The translations under genes were made by a program, and so were the position numbers. Under the pieces are notes generated by a model, which did not search any database, was not told the origin of the DNA, and worked only from the letters and a program-made list of their open reading frames with translations. Shown in pieces: positions 63,101 through 64,000 of a stretch of DNA of 64,000 nt. The DNA is from Thermodesulfobacteriota bacterium (GTDB lineage: Bacteria > Desulfobacterota_D > UBA1144 > Nemesobacterales > Nemesobacteraceae): contig OZ242002.1 of assembly GCA_965204665.1 (NCBI GenBank), positions 1,367,150-1,431,149 on the forward strand, in the 5' to 3' direction. Positions within the stretch are counted from its first letter, which is position 1; each line of letters starts with the position of its first letter.

Positions 63101-64000
63101 CCGGCCGAAGACTGGCCTATCCGGGGTATAATTGCCCCGGCTTCATTGAAGCGATACAGATAACGAACGAACTTGCATCGGAAGCGATCCTATCCGGGGT
63201 ATAATTGCCCCGGCTTCATTGAAGCCATTTAAGTTCGTCATCTTGCGACCTCCTTTATTGACCTATCCGGGGTATAATTGCCCCGGCTTCATTGAAGCGT
63301 CTGGCATGTGGCGCCCATGACGCAGGACGTGGCGGCCTATCCGGGGTATAATTGCCCCGGCTTCATTGAAGCATATTTGATTACGCTTGGCTGCTCATAG
63401 CCTTCGTACCTATCCGGGGTATAATTGCCCCGGCTTCATTGAAGCCGTCAGATATGTCGGCCGGCAACCGTCCCCTGCCAACCTATCCGGGGTATAATTG
63501 CCCCGGCTTCATTGAAGCGATATCTACAACCGCGCGCGTAGCGTCCTCGCCGAACCTATCCGGGGTATAATTGCCCCGGCTTCATTGAAGCATACTTTCC
63601 GGCGATATTTCGCGGGCGGTCGGAAGCCTATCCGGGGTATAATTGCCCCGGCTTCATTGAAGCCCAGGAGTGCCGGCAAAACCCCACGTGCCGGCAGGAC
63701 CTATCCGGGGTATAATTGCCCCGGCTTCATTGAAGCATCTCCATATTGTTTTGTTCTCGGAACAAGTTCGTCCCTATCCGGGGTATAATTGCCCCGGCTT
63801 CATTGAAGCGTAGAATAGACAGCCTCATTATTGAACTTGACGAAGACCTATCCGGGGTATAATTGCCCCGGCTTCATTGAAGCATCTCCATATTGTTTTG
63901 TTCTCGGAACAAGTTCGTCCCTATCCGGGGTATAATTGCCCCGGCTTCATTGAAGCGTAGAATAGACAGCCTCATTATTGAACTTGACGAAGACCTATCC
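60171..64000 (+). CRISPR. CRISPR array: 52 complete 37-bp repeats (CCTATCCGGGGTATAATTGCCCCGGCTTCATTGAAGC) plus one truncated by the window end; spacers 35-39 bp
   Basis: Repeats counted one by one (first 60171-60207, last complete 63920-63956, partial from 63994). Period 72-76 bp. One variant repeat at 62897-62933. Confidence 0.99.

Noticed and set aside
60656-63788. Numerous plus-strand ORFs in the track encoding reiterated peptides (PIRGIIAPASLK, YPGYNCPGFIEA, LSGV).
   Set aside because: They are translations of the 37-bp CRISPR repeat in its three frames, interrupted by spacers. They are not genes.

Overview
Bacterial chromosomal window that reads with the standard genetic code. Most of it is housekeeping: uvrA, glyA-nrdR-tatD-like, pdxA, cobB, nuoABCD, lolA-ftsK, a long minus-strand chain parA-parB-purS-purQ-tusA-cysM-mec-nuoN, pgpA-cinA-recA-tsaB, ilvB, priA, glnE, carD, lhgO and nuoF. 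The accessory content falls into four groups. (1) At 1-3.8 kb, an IS256-family transposase fragment and an IS1634-family element bracket a HEPN/MNT toxin-antitoxin pair. (2) Decayed mobile DNA is scattered through the window: an IS630-like remnant at about 9.0-9.2 kb, an ISAs1-like remnant at about 21.0-21.4 kb, and a DUF4143 AAA ATPase broken by at least two frameshifts at 14.8-15.9 kb. (3) At 37.1-38.8 kb an isolated, translationally coupled two-gene cassette sits between tsaB and ilvB. It encodes an ABC/AAA_21-type ATPase and a 167-aa protein I cannot place in any family. This is my best candidate for an undescribed (defence-like) system. (4) At 51.1-59.9 kb there is a complete type I-G (formerly I-U) CRISPR-Cas locus, csb1(cas7)-csb2(cas5/6)-cas3-small cas8u-like-cas4/cas1-cas2. 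It is followed by an array of 52 complete 37-bp repeats that runs off the window edge and contains internal spacer duplications. Other points of interest: a near-consensus promoter with a G10 tract in its spacer, upstream of a collagen-like/RTX lipoprotein (possible phase variation); an orphan nuoN translationally coupled to a tusA-cysM-JAMM sulfur operon; and a TMTC-like TPR glycosyltransferase next to a Dpm1-GtrA fusion. I recognised no rRNA or tRNA genes by eye. All calls come from reading the translations and DNA; no searches were run.
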